Below are positions 63,301 to 64,000 of a stretch of 64,000 nucleotides of DNA, in pieces. The DNA lies in contig CM102286.1 of the NCBI GenBank assembly GCA_046563655.1, positions 3,968,001 to 4,032,000 on the forward strand, in the 5' to 3' direction. The notes under the pieces were generated by a model. It was given only the letters and a program-made list of their open reading frames with translations. It had not been told where the DNA came from and did not search any database. The first letter of the stretch is position 1. Each line of letters starts with the position of its first letter. Source of the stretch: Yuukianura sp. NJ FZ-2021. Taxonomy: Eukaryota. Both the position numbers and the translations under genes were made by a program.

Positions 63301-64000
63301 GAACTGTAATAAGCAATAAAACGACACAAAATGTCAAATTTTTCAAGCCGCGAAAACATAATGTAAACGTCGTTATACTTAACGAGCAACACATATATTT
63401 CGTTCTATTCAAACACAAAGAATAACGCGAGTTCAATTAGCCGCCTTCATATTTTTTCGTTCATTTTTCGCGGAAAATTTAAACACTCCACTCCCACTTG
63501 CTCATATTGTACATATTGACTACGTTTCTCACATTCCCCCAACTCAAACGCCATTCTCTTAATGCCAATTTTAAATATGGTGGTTGGAGGACAAAATACG
63601 TAATACCGAAAACTAATGCGCGGCATAATCACTGTTAGTAAAAACTTTATACAACCGAAAATATATAATATGTTAATGTTAATGCTCACCAACGGAGACA
63701 AAGTCATTGTCATCGAGCACTTCGTTGATGATGTCCTGTGGATCCAAAATGGCCCCGCCGCGCGTTTTCCGAATTTCCGAAACAACTTCCTTCCGACTCG
63801 GCGCATGCTTGCTTGTCTTTAGCTTAAGGTATCGCTTCAGCGCCTCTTCGCCCAACCACCGGATGACCCCCTTTCCTAATGACAAAAAAAAATATTTTGA
63901 TGCTAAATACTAACAAAATCACTAAATTTTTTAATTACAGGAAAGGAAATAAGTACCAACCATCTTTGCATGGAATCTGAAGCCATTCATCACGTACCTA
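60313..64000 (-). CDS. HAL: Histidine ammonia-lyase (histidase); 5' end just beyond the window
   Basis: [11 protein letters not shown]-terminal domain, [28 protein letters not shown] (MIO Ala-Ser-Gly), [31 protein letters not shown]. The last exon ends ...GTEASMN* at 60313. Confidence 0.96.

Noticed and set aside
1..64000. Bacterial contamination as the source of the microbial-type genes
   Set aside because: The BSP and zincin-like genes contain GT-AG introns and sit between intron-rich animal genes with similar base composition.

Overview
AT-rich, intron-rich animal genomic DNA. The short GT-AG introns, gene content and several bacterial-type genes suggest an arthropod, possibly a springtail (inference). 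Host genes: LAMP5-like 3' end, secreted EF-hand protein, AARSD1/AlaX, a short Nup50-like gene, a three-gene cluster of bacterial-type genes (HExxH-less metallopeptidase-like, BSP peptidase, NADAR), Drgx/Prrxl1 homeobox, C7orf50-like, two tandem UGTs, nicotinamide riboside kinase, 3beta-HSD-like SDR, two tandem SSAT-like GNATs, SLC26 transporter and histidine ammonia-lyase. The standout is a young, intact 5,716-bp Polinton/Maverick-type element in Drgx intron 1 (13057-18772). It has a perfect 6-bp TSD (CCTAAA), AG...CT termini and ~1.47-kb near-identical terminal inverted repeats, and its only cargo is a major-capsid-protein gene plus a basic protein. There is no polymerase, integrase, ATPase or protease, so it is a candidate capsid-only satellite or one segment of a multipartite Polinton-like virus. 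A second accessory zone (29.1-36.7 kb) holds WDR3 and CRYL1 pseudogene fragments, a 6-copy ~570-bp tandem array with a conserved small ORF, a ~215-bp degenerate repeat and perfect heat-shock elements. All family assignments come from motif recognition by eye; no database searches were run.
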